Shown: positions 15,301 to 30,044, counted from the whole stretch's first letter. The stretch is DNA of 57,512 nt, filler included, from Streblomastix strix (GCA_008636045.1; 2 parts of 2 records of this genome joined end to end with filler, not necessarily neighbours in it); one strand, 5' to 3'. Numbers and translations are program-made. Notes: generated by a model not told the origin, from the sequence alone.

Positions 15301-18300
15301 AATTTTATTATTAAGTCTTCGTTTCATATTCATATTCCACATCTATTTTCTTCTTCATAAACATTTTCCAACTTTTAATTTTCTCTTTCTAATAAATCTA
15401 TTCCGTTTGTTGCTATTCTTTTTCATTATATACGTTATAACCATAATTTAATTCATTGTAATCATTCCACTAATTAGCAAGAATAAATAAAAGTATTTTA
15501 TGAGGAACTGAAGTACGTTATTTAAACCAAAATGATGATGAGGTGTTCGAATGTGAATAACTATATTATTATTCTGAAGATGCAGAGTTAAAAGGAATAA
15601 ATATTTGTGTATTAGACTTTAATTGTGTTAGAATAAATGATAGTTTTAATCCTAATCTTTACAAAATGATAAATAATGGTGTTTTTATTCTCTTTTAAAC
15701 CATCTATTACTATTGTTATGATATATGTTATTGCTACTATAATTATTATTACTATGCAATATTAGATTATGGATCTGATATATTTGATCTATTCTATTAT
15801 TATTACAGCAAAGAAGAAGATGGATATTGAGTTGATGAGGAAGCTTATTGAAATGGAGTAGGAACATATGATGATTGAGATTATTAATGTTTGATCTCTA
15901 TATCCATATTACTGGATGATGTGTTATTTGTTGAGTAACTATGTTTATGCTGTACAATTCGAGTATCAGCATATTTTTTTTATTGTAGTGGTTAAGATTG
16001 CAAAAATGGTGATTGTGCATTAGAAGATGAGTGAGAATTATATGAATGAACTGGAGAAGATTATTATGACGATTTTTTAGACTTTGATGACTAGTGTTGT
16101 AATTATTGTTATTATTATTAAATTTATTATTGCTATAAAGAAGAAGATAATATAAATTATGATTAAGGAGCTACAATAGGATAATTTGTTGCGAATGTTT
16201 TCATTTCTCTGAAAGGAGATCTTGGATCATTATCTACAATTTATATTTATTGTTACTATTAATATAAAAGAAATTATTATTCAGGAGCAATAATAATCTC
16301 TTACTATTGCGATATTTCATTATCCAAACTCATAGATGAACTGTTAATAGCAATAATTTTTGCAGATTGAAATGGCTGTTGGAATTATTGATTTTATGTG
16401 TGAGAGAAACTTCTTCTATGTGTTTGATTATTATTATTCGTGTAATTATTCAAACTATAATTACTTTATCCATTAGTTGAATTTTATGAATTACGAGTTA
16501 ATAGAGAGGATGATGAAAATGAGGACTTGACATACTAGAAGCGATTTGGATTTGATTATTATTTAGGATATATGTCTACATTTGCATTGTTTACAGGTGT
16601 CATATTATAAATGTTCTACGACAATTTAATATGATCTTCACTTATTTTATCTTCTTTATTAACAATTTCTTTATTTTATTCTTTATCTTTTGTTACATCT
16701 AAAGTTTCATTCGCCTCGTTGCTTTATTATTAAATGTTATTGTTTTATTCACCACTTTATTAATTATTATCAATTATATTAACATTCATAGTTTTTTATT
16801 TATTTCTTAAATATTATTCAATAGTAGAAGGAGAATGTACATCTTTTTATGAAGGAGATGATGAATACAATGAACGAGAAGATGATGATTGACGAAGAAA
16901 TTTAGAATGTGTTTCGTTGTCAGATGATTATTCAATTTATTTTGGAGTGTGCGGTGTAATTGAAAAATTCTATTATTATTCTTATTATTACAACTCACCT
17001 AAATTTTATAAATATCTTTCTATTTTTCTTTTATTTGTTTTTTCATAACCATAATCTCCCTAAACAGACGAATTTTTATCTTGGTCTTTGTTTTATTATT
17101 CATCTACTTGTTGTCTTTCTAGTTTCTCGAACTAATTTTTATCCTCTTTATTTATATTCAAATTAGGTTAAAAATATTCTTTGAATCTTAATGGGATAAT
17201 TGGAGTATGAGATGAAAGTGATTCTGGAGAAGTTGCAGGTAATTGTGTATTATCTTATTATTGCAATTTTAACTGAGATTATTATTAGCATTCTTAATTT
17301 TATAATTAAACATCTTATTATTACTTTTCATCTTAATTATTTTCTTCTTAATATTTATTATTCACAAATGAATTTGAATCTGTTAATGTACGTTACCTAT
17401 CTTTATATTAATTAATTAAATTCTATGAAAATTATGATAAAGAGTAAGATATAGGAGTTTATTGTTATTATGGAGAATGTTTTGGTGAAGCAATTTACTA
17501 TTATTGAAGTTATGTTGTTGTCTTTGGAGGATAATTAGTTTATTAATTGTTTAAAATTTAAGCTGAAACACTCGTAAATGGAGAAAAATTCTGTTGATTT
17601 TAATAATTTTATTATTGAATATCTTAATGATCTTATGAGATTTATTTTTATTATCCTTAATAGTATATGTTGTTTTAACTACTGGAATGTGGCTACAAAG
17701 AAAAAAATTATTATTATTAATATGAAGTAGACAATTGCTTTTGTTATATTTATTGCTATTATTACAGATGAAGTGTATTTTGCTATAATAATGGTGAAGC
17801 TGATGGAGTTCGTCTATGTATTATTATTCTATTATCAGATTCATTCATTATTTATTATTATGATTCAAATTATTATTCTATTTCTCCTTTCGCTTCTTAT
17901 TCTATTTCATTATTATTCAATAAATTTAATCTTTGTTGAATGAATATTGTGGAAATACTCGTTTTAAGAGAATTTGATCTCCTGTGATCTTAACCTTAAC
18001 CATTAACATTAAATTAATTCTATTGCGTCAATTATTATCCCTATTAAATATTCATATTAACATCATTAAATGCACTCACATTCATATTTATTATACAACT
18101 TTTTTATTTCCTAATATTTTCTTTCTCTTTATATTTGTCCTTTGAAAAACCAAAATTGAACCAATTTGATGATCGTGGAGGATTTGGTGGAGAAATTTAT
18201 GGAGAATTGAATTTGAATTATGAGTTTGATGATTGATTAAATTGATGAGTTTGCGATTAAGGTGAAAATGTTGATGATGAAGATACTTAAATATTATTAT

Positions 18301-21300
18301 TTCTTTTGGGAGTTGAATGTGAAGATGAATTGTTATTACTGACATTAATGCTATTTTTACTATTTTATAGTTAATTTCTATTTTATTGTTGTTGTTGTAA
18401 TTATAATTGTTATTTATTTTACTATTATTATTAAAATTCTTACAATTGGCGTTAATATTTCGTTGAAGGAAGAGTAAAGAACTATATAATGAATTAAGGT
18501 TGTGTAAATTATAAATTAAATTCGGTATTATTCTATTAATGTAATGATGAAGTTTAAGATAATATTTATTACTGTTAGTAATTATAATCCAGAGCGTCCC
18601 ATTCACTGGTACATATTATTATCCATTTAACAAACTATTGGTTTCCTCCTCCATAAAATTATACTGATTAGTACTATGAATGTTGTTGATACTATTATTC
18701 TGATTATTATAATGATAATATATGCTTATGTTTGTGAGTACTAGTTAAAAGATTTGATTGCTTTTATGCATTTAATGAAGAATTTTATACTTACTCATTC
18801 TCTTTTTACCCATCTTTCTAGATCTCTTTTTATTTTTCAGCAATATTATTTTTTGAAAACATAATATAATTATCATCTAAATCTGATTTAATATTTAATT
18901 ATTAAGATGAAGACGATGAAAGTGAATTTGAATAACTAGAAGAAGAGAAAGAAGATTAATTGGACTAAGAAGAAGTAAAATATGAAAGTGATGAAGAGGA
19001 GGAAGAAGAAGAATAAGACGATGATGATTCTTCAATATTTTCACCTTCTGGATTTTTATCAATTGAATGTATTGAACTTTTTTCACTTTCTCTTTCTTTC
19101 TATTTCAAATCTTATATTAATCTCTTTTATTCTTCAAAGTATTCTTCATTCTCATCTAATTCTTCAATTAATTGTTATTCGCCTATTACATTTTTACTTC
19201 TATTTGAATTATTACTTTGGCTTGTTTTACTACTTTTAGTGTGAGTTGAAGAATAAGATTAGCCAGTATCATGAAATTTAACAATCTTTTACTTATCTAT
19301 TTCATTAATTTATTTATTACTTGATTTATCAATGTTGTAATTTTAATATTATTATAAATTAATTTTCATATATAAATTAGAACTATTCTTATTTTATTTC
19401 TTTATTTCTTATTTATCTTTCTCTTTATTAATTTTCTCTTTATTATCAAGAATATCACCAATAATCTGATAGTATTGTTTAATTGTAGATTTAATTTTAT
19501 CGGTTTTTTAACTTTATTTTTACTATAATTATTATACTTTTATTTTATTCTTTTTTTATTACAATGATGATTAAATTGAATTGAATTTAAATATATGTTT
19601 TTTATTATTCTTCATTAATAATTATTCTTGTTTTTGTTTCTCAATTATTTCTTATTCTTTTAATTTCTCAGCAATTTTATCAATCATTGATTTGTAATTA
19701 TTTAAATATTATTTCTATTTTTATTATAGACAATGTTATATATATTATTCAGTTAATATTATAATATATTAATTATTAGTGCTATTTGCTAATAAACTAT
19801 TATTTGTGCTGTTATTTTTATATTTTATATAACTATTATACAATTAAATGCTGTTATAACTATTATACTATTAAATGCTGTTATTATTATTGGTGAATAA
19901 ATTATTTTCAAGCATATAGTTATTGATATACGTATTATGTTAATGAATTGGTTATAAGGATGATGAAAGTATTCCTTTTACTTCCATTGTTTTCTTAATT
20001 TTATTTTTCAATGACAAATTATATTATTTATCAAATTTTATTTTCTAATTTTTATTATTGGATTTATTTTTCATTTTCAACTTACTGTTTATTTCTTCAT
20101 ACTCTTCATCTGTAAGACATTTCTTTTATATTTTAATTTCTCTTTTCGGTTTTTTGTATTTTCTTTTTCTAGTTTTTTTCTTCTACTCATTTTCAAGATC
20201 ATTTTCGTTATTATTTTCTTAATTAATTTATAAATCTTAATAAATTTCCCCTTTAGCTTCTTGAAATGGTGTTTATGACTAGTTATATTAATTTGAATGG
20301 GAGTTATCGAGCTAAATTTATTACTATTATTGGTCAGATTTAAATGTAAAAACAGAAAAAACATCACTAAAAATGTTATTACTGTATTTGCTGATACTAT
20401 TTGTGCTAGAATTTGTGGATTTCAATTCATTCTATTCTAATTCATTCATTCTTTTGATACTCTCAACGTTTTTATTGTCATTCTCTTATTCTTAGCCAAT
20501 TTATATCTCATTTTCATTCTAATCTAAACTTTGATTGTTATTTTCTTATTGTGGTTCTTATTCAGCAATAACTGCCATTAATGTTATTGGTGATTATTCT
20601 TTCTATTTTTTTATCTCTTACTAAAAATTCTTTTTAGTTTATTTTTCGATCTTTTCATTTTCATTCCTTTACACTTTTCTATTATCTTTCTATTATTCGA
20701 TTTCAATTTATTTTTCATTTGTTGAATTTGAAGACAATGACAAAGAATAAGATATTTATTTAGCTTTTGTTGAAGATGAATGAGATTATTATGAACTAAT
20801 TTTATCATCTAATTTTTTTCTTTAATCATTATTATTATTTACTGAAGTAAATTTGAATTATACATGCTTTTCCATTTATTCTTAAGCTAACTTGAGTTTT
20901 TCCTATTCTTCTTATTGATACTAATGATCTATTTACTTATTTCCATTTAAAGCATCCTAATGCAATGGAAAAGGAGATTAAATAGAAGAAGAAGGAGATG
21001 GAGAAGATGAAGATGAAGATGAAGATGAAGATGAAGGTTAAAGTGGTGAATGTGATGTATTTAATATTTATGTAAATTATTATTGATCATATTCATTAAT
21101 ATATTATGGATGCATTGGAGTATTTGGAGTTTGAGATCTTGATTAATGAGTAGAATGAGATAAATTATCAAGATTATTACTTGTATGCTTATGCTTATGT
21201 TTATGTTTGTGATGATCATGTTTATGCCCATGATGATGCTTACTTGTATTATGATGTTTATGACTGTGATGACTATGGTTATGATAATGTTCATTATTTG

Positions 21301-24300
21301 TCTTAATATTCTAGTCTGTATCAGTGGCACTAATTATGTATTAATGATCCAATTCCATTTTTTCCTTCTCCAACTTTCTCAATGTATGTTTTTCTTTTCT
21401 TCTCTGCTCTTTCTCATTATTTTCATCTTAATTAATCTTTGTATCATAATCTTTGTCTTTATCTTCTATGCTTAATTTTGTGTTCTCTGACTCTTTTCTA
21501 TTTTTCTTTTCTATCTCTTTGATATTTTTATTGTCTTTTTATTTTTATTTTTATTTTAAATTCTTATTCTCTTTTTCTTTTTAATTCTTTTTTATTTTTG
21601 AATTTTCTGATTCTTTCTCTTAAATTTTTTCCTTTTCAATTTGTATTTCCTTGTCATTTTTAATATCATTATCTTTATTCCCTACATTTTCTTCTTTTTC
21701 ATTAACTTCATTTTATTCATTTTTTTATTCCTTATTTTAATATAATTCTTCATTGTTATATTTTTGTGTTTGTTCTCTTGATAAATCAATATTAGTTTCC
21801 TATACAAAGATTTATACTTAAGAAAATGGAGAGAGAATTTATGATTATGTTTTTTATTGGTCTTATCTTTATTCCTAATCTTATTGAAGTTATTATTCTT
21901 TTTATTATAATTTTTTCTCTTGTTATTATGATTATTCATATTCTGTTTCAATTTCTTTTTATTATTCTGACTTGAATTCTTATTATTACTATAATTATTA
22001 TTCCTTCAATTATTATGTTGATGAATAAGATGAAGAAGAAAAAACTGACTAAAATGGAATTGGAATAATTTATTATTCTTATTAATTATCCTTATTTTTA
22101 TTATCTTCTTCTTCTTCTTCAATTATTTCTTATTCCTTTTCACATACTTTCAATTAATCTTAATTATCTTTTCCAACCAATTAATGTAATTATTGTTATG
22201 TAAAATCATTTTAATCTTAATCTAAGTCATTAATATTGTGTATGTTGGCATTTGTAAATAGCTCTTTTAATTTTATTTATTTATTCATCTACTCTTTCTA
22301 TTTCGTTTCTTCTCTCAATCTTTCTTCCTCTTATTGAATCTCATTCATATATTCTTTCTTTCTTCTTTACAGATCTTTCTCAATGTAATCAATGTATATA
22401 CCTTATTGTATTAATCTATTCATATATGCATTTCTTTCTTCTTTGTCATACAATTGCTACTCTATTAATAAACATCTATTTAATATGGCTTTATTTGCAA
22501 TTGGTGTTGAATCATAATCTTTGATTGAATGAATTAATATTGTTTTTTATTTCTTTCTTTTAGAATTGTGATGTATTTTTTTCTATTTAATATCCGTTTA
22601 TTTATCAATGGTATTTTATTATTATTGACCATACTGATTATCAATTAATAATAAGTTGGTTTCTTCTTATTTTCCATTCGACTTTTCTATATCTTATTCA
22701 TTTTCAGTCTTTTTCATTTTATTCTTCTTTTATTTATTCTTTTGTTTATTCTCTTATATTTAAGTGAATATTCCCATTCACTCTTCAATTTCTTTTCTAT
22801 ATGCTCTTATCCCCCTTTCTAAAATATATAATTATTTTCTTTCCATTTTCCTCTTTATTTGTTTTTCCATTTATTATTATGTCTTTGCTGGAGAAATTTA
22901 AATTAAATTAATTTCTTCTTCAAATGAAGAAGTTAAGGAATGAAATGATGATTAATCTGAATCTGAATCTGATCGTTCATTTGAATTAGAATGTAAAATG
23001 GATTTGTTAGATGAATTTGAATGTTTATTATTTATTGTATCTGAATAAACTGCTGATGATAAAGTTGATGAAGTGATTGAATGAAGTGGTAATGTTTAGG
23101 TTTGAATTAAATCTTGAGTTTGTTATTAAAAAATATTTTCATCCATCAATAATTACTATTCTTTGTTATATTATTCGACTTTCTCTTATTCTTACTCTTA
23201 TTCTTTCGCTTCCTCGATTTCTTTTTATTCTCTTTAATTCTCTTAATCTTTTCTTCTTCTTTCAAATTTCTCCTTTCTAACCATCTTAATTCTTCTTTCT
23301 TCTTCTTTCCTTCTTTCTTTCATAGTTTCTTCCAATCTTCTGCATTTAATCAGAAGTTTCTTTATTTGTATTTCTTTCTCATCTTCTTCTTCTCTCAACA
23401 TTCGATCTTCGCCTTCAGAATCGCCAATTTCTTCATCATCTACATAAAATAATGATTCATATTTTTATGCACATATCTCCCCAAATTGCATCATCTCATA
23501 TTTATCATCTAGTTCATTTTCTACTGATTGATCTAAAATATTGAGATATTGATTAATTAATACATCTTTCTATTTTTTTGTTTTTCTTTATTCTTATTAA
23601 ACATTATTATCATTTTCTTTTTCATTTTGATTCTTTTAATAAATATCTTTTTTCTATTTATTTGATGATAATTCATTTTATTCTAATAAATCCTATAATA
23701 TGAAATTAACATGGTCATTTTTAGCACTTTAAATATCCACTTCTTGTCGCTTATTAATTTATTAACCTTTCAAAAGAGTATTTTAACACAATTAAATTAT
23801 TCCATATCCATCTTCTTAATCTAAATTCAATTATTAAATACTAAGAGTTTAATTTATTTTATCATCATGAGAATATTTATCATTTGTTTCTATTAATTTT
23901 TGCTCATCTTTTTCTTATTCTTATATTTTCAGTTCAAAGTCTTCTTCATCTGCTGTATCCATCAACATATCTTCATCTTCATTACTAATATCTTCTTCTT
24001 TCTCTTCTTAACTTTCTGTTTCATCTGTAACTTCATCATCATCACTATTATTATTTTGATTATCTGAATTGAACTAGTTTTTAATACCTTTTTCATTGTC
24101 AATAATATTTATTTCGTATCCTTTTTACTCTTTCTAATATTAATTTGAATATTGCTTATTTTACATTTATGTATTTGGAAAAACTGGATTGAAAAGTCTA
24201 GTATAAATGAAATCATTCTCTCCTTACTTGTAAAAACTCTAATATGAATCATAATTATCTTTATCACTATTTTAAATTCTAAAATCCAATTAACTGTTAA

Positions 24301-25586
24301 TTAGTTCTTCATTTTAATACCAATTCTATTATCTATCTTATTCTTCCCAAACCCTAAATATATCTTCTTTCTTAATCTTCTTCTTATTATTACTATTATT
24401 AATTTATTTCTTTACCTTCTTTTCATTCCTGATCATTTCAGCAACAGTTTCTAAGACTTCATTTACATCTTTTTCTCTTTTTTTCTCTTATTCGACTCTT
24501 TCAACTGAATCACTTCGAGTAAACAATCCCAATATTTCACTTTTTAAGTGAATATCGTCTTCATTTTATTTTTATTTTTATTTTCTATTTCTTTTATTAA
24601 TATCTTTATTCCCTTCTTATTTAGAATTAATTATGTTATTATTCTGAATTTCTTTTTCCTTCTCCAACTTTATTTAATTCTCAAATTCTCTTTATTTTCT
24701 TCTTTCCTATTCTCTTTTAATATCTTTCGCTTTAATCATCTCCAATATTAATCTCATCACTCTTTTCTACTCTCTTTATTCTTTTCATTTATCTAAATTT
24801 CATTACAACAATCTTTCATAAAATTCAACATCATGATTTATTTTATTCATTCGATGCTTTTTAATATCAGAAAATGTAGATAATTCATCCAATAAACCAA
24901 TATTTGATATATATGACATATCAAGTTCGTTCTTTGCTGGAAAGTCTTCTTATTAAACAGTGATTTTATCAGATTAAGTAGAGTATTACCCTTAAATCTC
25001 ATGGTATTTATTTGTTTATTGACTTGTTTTGTCTTTTTATTGTTGGTCAATTAATCCTTCTTTTTATTTATTTTTCCCTTGTATCTTATCTTATTACTAA
25101 TAAGTTGAAATTGAAGTTTTTATTTGTGCAAAAGGAGAATCTTATGGAGTTTATGTTTTCTTTATATCAATTGTCTCACTGTCTTTATTAGGAATATTAT
25201 TATCTTTACTATTTTACTTCAAATGCATTATAATAGTGAATTATTATGGTCTATATTTAATTTCTGCAATATGCTAATTGAAAAACAAAAAAATATAAAT
25301 AAAATAAAAAGTACGAATTTCTTTACAAGGAAAAATTTATTTTTTAATACGGTGAAACTATTTAATGGTAAATAATTTTAATAATATTTATTATATTAAA
25401 AATTAATAAAATAACGTTGTATTACTGTTTGGGAGAATATTTAGTTGAATAATAATTAAATGTTATTAAAGAATTAAATTTTGAAAAATTAAATTTATTA
25501 TCCTTACAAATTTTATTGTTAAGTTATAAATAGGAATGAGATAAGTATGAAAATCGAATTTCCTCCGAATACCGTATTTTGCCCAT
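6381..25586 (-). CDS. giant (~6,200 aa) Q/S/E/K-rich low-complexity protein
   Basis: Exons 9575-25273, 8836-9469, 8705-8777 and 6381-8637 splice in frame (introns 9470-9574, 8778-8835, 8638-8704) and sum to 6221 codons ending TGA 6381-6383. Both ends of the long exon share one frame and spot checks found no stop. Probable first exon MGKIRYSEEIRFSY from ATG 25586; 5' structure uncertain. Confidence 0.75.
13274..13340 (-). repeat. 18-nt coding tandem repeat (STLESS-like x4)
   Basis: TCCAATGTTGAAGATRAT-like units on + strand within the giant gene. Confidence 0.6.
14912..15092 (-). repeat. coding tandem repeats (SPLPYIH)x4 and (PSRPPSQQQ)x3
   Basis: 21-nt unit GGAAGAGGAGAATGTATATAA and 27-nt unit TTATTATTATGAAGGAGGACGTGAAGG on + strand. 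Confidence 0.85.
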
Positions 25587-25875
25587 ATATTAATAATTTA
25601 TAATAAAAAATTATTATCAATGCACAGTTTCAACATAATTCAAACAATTTTGTTGACTAAATTAGTTCATATCGATATTTTTTCTAAATCGCTGTTTTCT
25701 GACTTATTCTATTTGAATTTTCAATTTTTTATATTTAATTGTCAAATATATATAATATATATACTTTTTGGAAAGAATTATTTCAAAAATTTCTTTACTG
25801 TATTATACATAAACCATTTTTGTTTTTTTCCACAAGAATTAAATATTTCTTATATTATTTTGTGCTTTTAGAAAA

Positions 25876-28707
25876 ATGGATGATAAAAAATCAGTAAATT
25901 CCTCTGCTTCGAGCGAGAATTCATAAACTACATAGTTAAATGCTATTCGTTTCAATGCGTTTGAAGAAAAGTTTGTTCACAAATTAAAGCTATTATTTTA
26001 TTGCCTTCTCTACTTTTATTACTACTAAAGATTGTTCCCATTATTATATACATTCCACAAGGTATATAATTTTATCAATAAATGATACACTTAACATTTT
26101 ATTTGTCATAAAATTAGGAATTAAGACTTTAAGACTGGTTTTACATATTTGAAGTTCTGATAATGGGATTTTAATGTATTTCAATGTCATTTTTGCGGTT
26201 AAATTGGCCTCTTTATGGATACCCACAAAAGATTTTATAGGATATTTTCAAGTTTATATATTAATTTCCTATTTAAATAATTTTAACATATTATATATAA
26301 TTATTCAAGATTTGTTGGGTTTTCAATTTCCTGGTTTAATTAAACGCTGTTGTTAGTACTTTCAATAATACTTGGAATATTAACTGTAGCAATGATAATT
26401 GGATGTATAATTAATGCAATATTGAATCAATGAGGATCAATTTCTATTCCATGGTTATCCAAGATTGTCAATATAATGTTTATTTTTATGTCTGGAATAT
26501 TCTTCATTCCAGGAGTTAATGTATTCATAAGTGGACTTTAATGTTACACTATAACCAGTGATCCCATATCCGCTGCCCATATTTAATGTGGAACTGTTAT
26601 TAGAGCCATATTTACTATAATTGGAATTATACTTTTGATTCTTCTATTTGCACCTTCCATCATTTTTCGGTTTTTTATATTCACATATAATCAGAAAAAG
26701 GGAGGGCTATTTATTTTATAATCAGGAGTTTTCTTTACACTTATTTAAATAAGTTCAACAATTATATCAATAATTGGATTAACATTGAGAATGTAAGGAA
26801 TTTTAATTGCAGTCCTTGGATTTACTTTATATGGAATTCTTGCAATTTATCCTCTTTTTCTTCAACCCTATTTCAATCCTATTGGCAATACATTATGGTC
26901 TACAACTATGAGTGTAGTTTCTATTTTCTATTTTATTGGTCTTTTATGCACAGTTCTTGATATGAGCAAAATATGGGCTAATGTTGTCATTTGGTTGTTT
27001 TTGTCTCTTCTTTTGATTGTTCTTCCTTTTATTGTTGGAATATCAACATTCAAACGTGGAAAATCTCTTTGGGCAATTAAACCAGGTGAAGAAATACCAC
27101 AATTGACTGAAAATAATGATATAATAATTCTGTCTCATAGACAATCGTAGCAAACTATTAATAATTATCCTATAACAGCAACATCTACGATAATCTAATT
27201 GAAAGAAAAGGTAAATAAATATAATTCTATATCTAATTTTTCAATCAAAAGCCCTTCATCAAATCCACCCTAACAAGAATTAGTTACATAAAATAATAAT
27301 AATAATTAAACATCAAATAATGCATTTGTTTCTTCTCCATCAATTTCACCAATTAGTTTTAATAATCATTTATTAAGTGCAAATGACTTTTGTTATTTCC
27401 CTCCAAGACCAACTGATAGAGACAATTAATAAAGACATGAAGAAATATAATAATCTGTAGGAACTGGGTTAACTCCAATATTAAATCCAGTTTATAATAA
27501 TAATATTTAAATGAAAAAGGAAGAATTATAACAAAACAACGAACGAAAACTTCCAAAGTATAAATCTATATTTGCTATTGAAAATGCTATTAAATTCCTA
27601 TGTCTGAAAGAGATGAGAAAAAAATCGAATGTTTATGTATTTGTTGAGAATATTCTAACTTAAGGCTAGAAGAGATTTAGCAACAATTCTCATATGCGAA
27701 TGATTGTCGGATTATATCACAATTCTTTCACTAAGAATAAACATAAAATGTTGGAAGCATTGAGAGCTGCAAAATAAAGCATCCCTAATATCATTGAACG
27801 TTGGCTTATATATGCATTTGTATGAACATTAGAAGCTTTATTTATAAATATTATTTTATTTATATTATTATTTCTTTATTGTTTCGTATTTATTTTAACT
27901 ATATTTTGATTCTTAATCAAGTTGCATGATATGGAGCATCATGATTCTTCCTAATCAAAGAACAATTCAATGGGAATCGCATACAAACTTAGATATGCAA
28001 ATGGATTAAAGGCACATGAATTGAGTAAGGCATATCTCCTACAGGTGTACAATGAATGAAAAATTATAATAATTTATTATTTAAATTTTTTCAATAATTT
28101 TATTATTATTTCTTATAGGCTTATACTCTTCTTACAAGAGATAATCTTGATTTGGATAATATTATGAATTTCTTAGACAAAGCAATTTAATATGAAACTT
28201 AGGCTCATAATATATATGATGAGCTTCTAAAAGCATTTCCATTTTCTGTCTAAGTTTTACGAGCATATGGAGCCCTTTTACGTGATATTTACAGGTTTTT
28301 ATTCATTAATGATAAATGCTTGCATTATCATAAATAACTTTTCAACCATGAATTTAATTAATAATTTTAATTAATAATTTTAATTCTCTATTTTATCATC
28401 ATTCTATATTTGTAGGGATGATGATACAGCTTTGAGTATGTTTAATAAAGCTAATTAAATAGAAGAAGAAATGGCCAATAATGATGTATAGAATACTTAA
28501 GATGATGGAATAAGTTAATAATCAAAATAAAGGAATTAAAATGCAAAAAATCATGTTGAAGGATAAAGTGTGAATTTATAAAATTAAGGCTCTATTGCTT
28601 CAGTAAATACTCTTAATTAAAAGAAAAAGAAGAAAAGACAAGGATTTAGAATGAATGAGATTGAAATTGGATAAAATAAACGTAATTTGATTCCTGGATT
28701 CTTCCAC
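25876..28707 (+). CDS. TmcB-like multi-pass membrane protein with TPR-like segment, 3' truncated, one in-frame TGA
   Basis: ATG 25876, several short introns, many hydrophobic helices 26330-27050, then YDELLKAFPFSVQVLRAYGALLRDIYRDDDTA (TmcB/TmcC-type repeat). In-frame TGA 26431-26433. Confidence 0.7.
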
Positions 28708-28807
28708 NNNNNNNNNNNNNNNNNNNNNNNNNNNNNNNNNNNNNNNNNNNNTTAATTAATTAANNNNNNNNNNNNNNNNNNNNNNNNNNNNNNNNNNNNN
28801 NNNNNNN
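28708..28807. other. artificial contig spacer
   Basis: 44 N + TTAATTAATTAA + 44 N, exactly 100 nt. Confidence 0.95.
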
Positions 28808-29766
28808 TTTGAATTTTCCCCAATGAAGAAAACCCTTACAAATTACTAAAAAAAATGATTAAAAAAAGAAGTCAATATTTGATCGATACACAAGAGTTAA
28901 TCGTATTGGAAAAGGTCCTTGAAATAATTGACACGAAGAGCAATGTATTTGCATTTTAGATTCGAGCAGAAGGAGCAAAATTAGCTAAAGAACCACCAAG
29001 TAAATGTTGGCATCTTTTTTTCTTGGTTGACACAAAAATGAAACTGGATTTGCTACCGCTTAACCAAAAGAGGAAGCACGTCTAAAGGTGCATTCAGAAC
29101 ACATTCAGCAATATGGAATTTTGGAGCGTACATACGTAAACGGAGTGATTTCTGACCTTGTGTACTGCACAGATGAAGTCGGTTACGCGGGCCGTTGCGA
29201 TACACATAGGCGCAGAATAATAGTCAGAGCTGTTAACACCAACATAGTTTTACATTTTCCTACAGACAGAGCTGAAAAGAGGTTCTCAATCATGCAGAAA
29301 ATCGCCCTTTCTGGGGAATCAATGGTTCCATTCGTGATTCAGAAGGGCTCCATCGATCAACAAGCACATAGAGCAGCAAGTAATGTTCATATGCGAAACT
29401 TTAACATTGCAGAAAGAAGAGGAACATCCATGAACTCCGAATTAATGGAGGAAATTCTCAACGAATTTTTTGTGTCAAACGTTGAAGAAACTCGAAAACG
29501 ACTAGACGTAGCAGCCAACGAAAGAGTAATTTTGTTAATGGACAATTAATGTTCGTGCTGGATTTTTGGCCGGAGTTTTGAAAAAGACAGAAAATAATAA
29601 AGGTAATCTAGTTGCACAATTTGTACAGGAAAGTATCGAAGCAGCAATTAAAACAGCAGAAAACGATGGAATATTGCTTAAGGAAGCACCGACGCGAATT
29701 ACAAATTTCCGCGCTCGAGATCCTTGGGGCTTTGTTAATTATGAACAATTTATAGGACTCATGTGA
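28808..29766 (+). pseudogene. pogo/Tigger-like DDE_1 transposase fragment
   Basis: LVYCTDEVG, KRFSIMQKIALSGESMVPFVI, SMNSELMEEIL, ERVILLMDN; third catalytic region is missing. Confidence 0.7.
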
Positions 29767-30044
29767 CTTATATGTACTATTTAATAAATTCGCAAAAAAT
29801 ATATAAATTGAAACAATATTTAATCATTTTTTTAGTCGTTTTAATTTTATTGAATGCTTACGAATTACTAAAAATCTGCAATCATGGTTGTTGTGCGGAT
29901 TAATCCTCACTTTCCGCCCGTCATTCTGTCACCCCTAGAATTGACTACAAATATTTTTAACGTTTAAAAACAAATATATAGGATTTGATATTTGTCCAGG
30001 ATTATTTTTTTTTCGGGTTTTTTTTATGGCTCTGTATATTGAAA

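Noticed and set aside
27823..27825. Second in-frame TGA in the TmcB-like gene
   Set aside because: It is part of the donor GTATGA of intron 27820-27921; splicing gives IYAF-LHDMEHH.
28752..28763. TTAATTAATTAA palindrome as a biological site
   Set aside because: Centred in a symmetric N run; synthetic linker.
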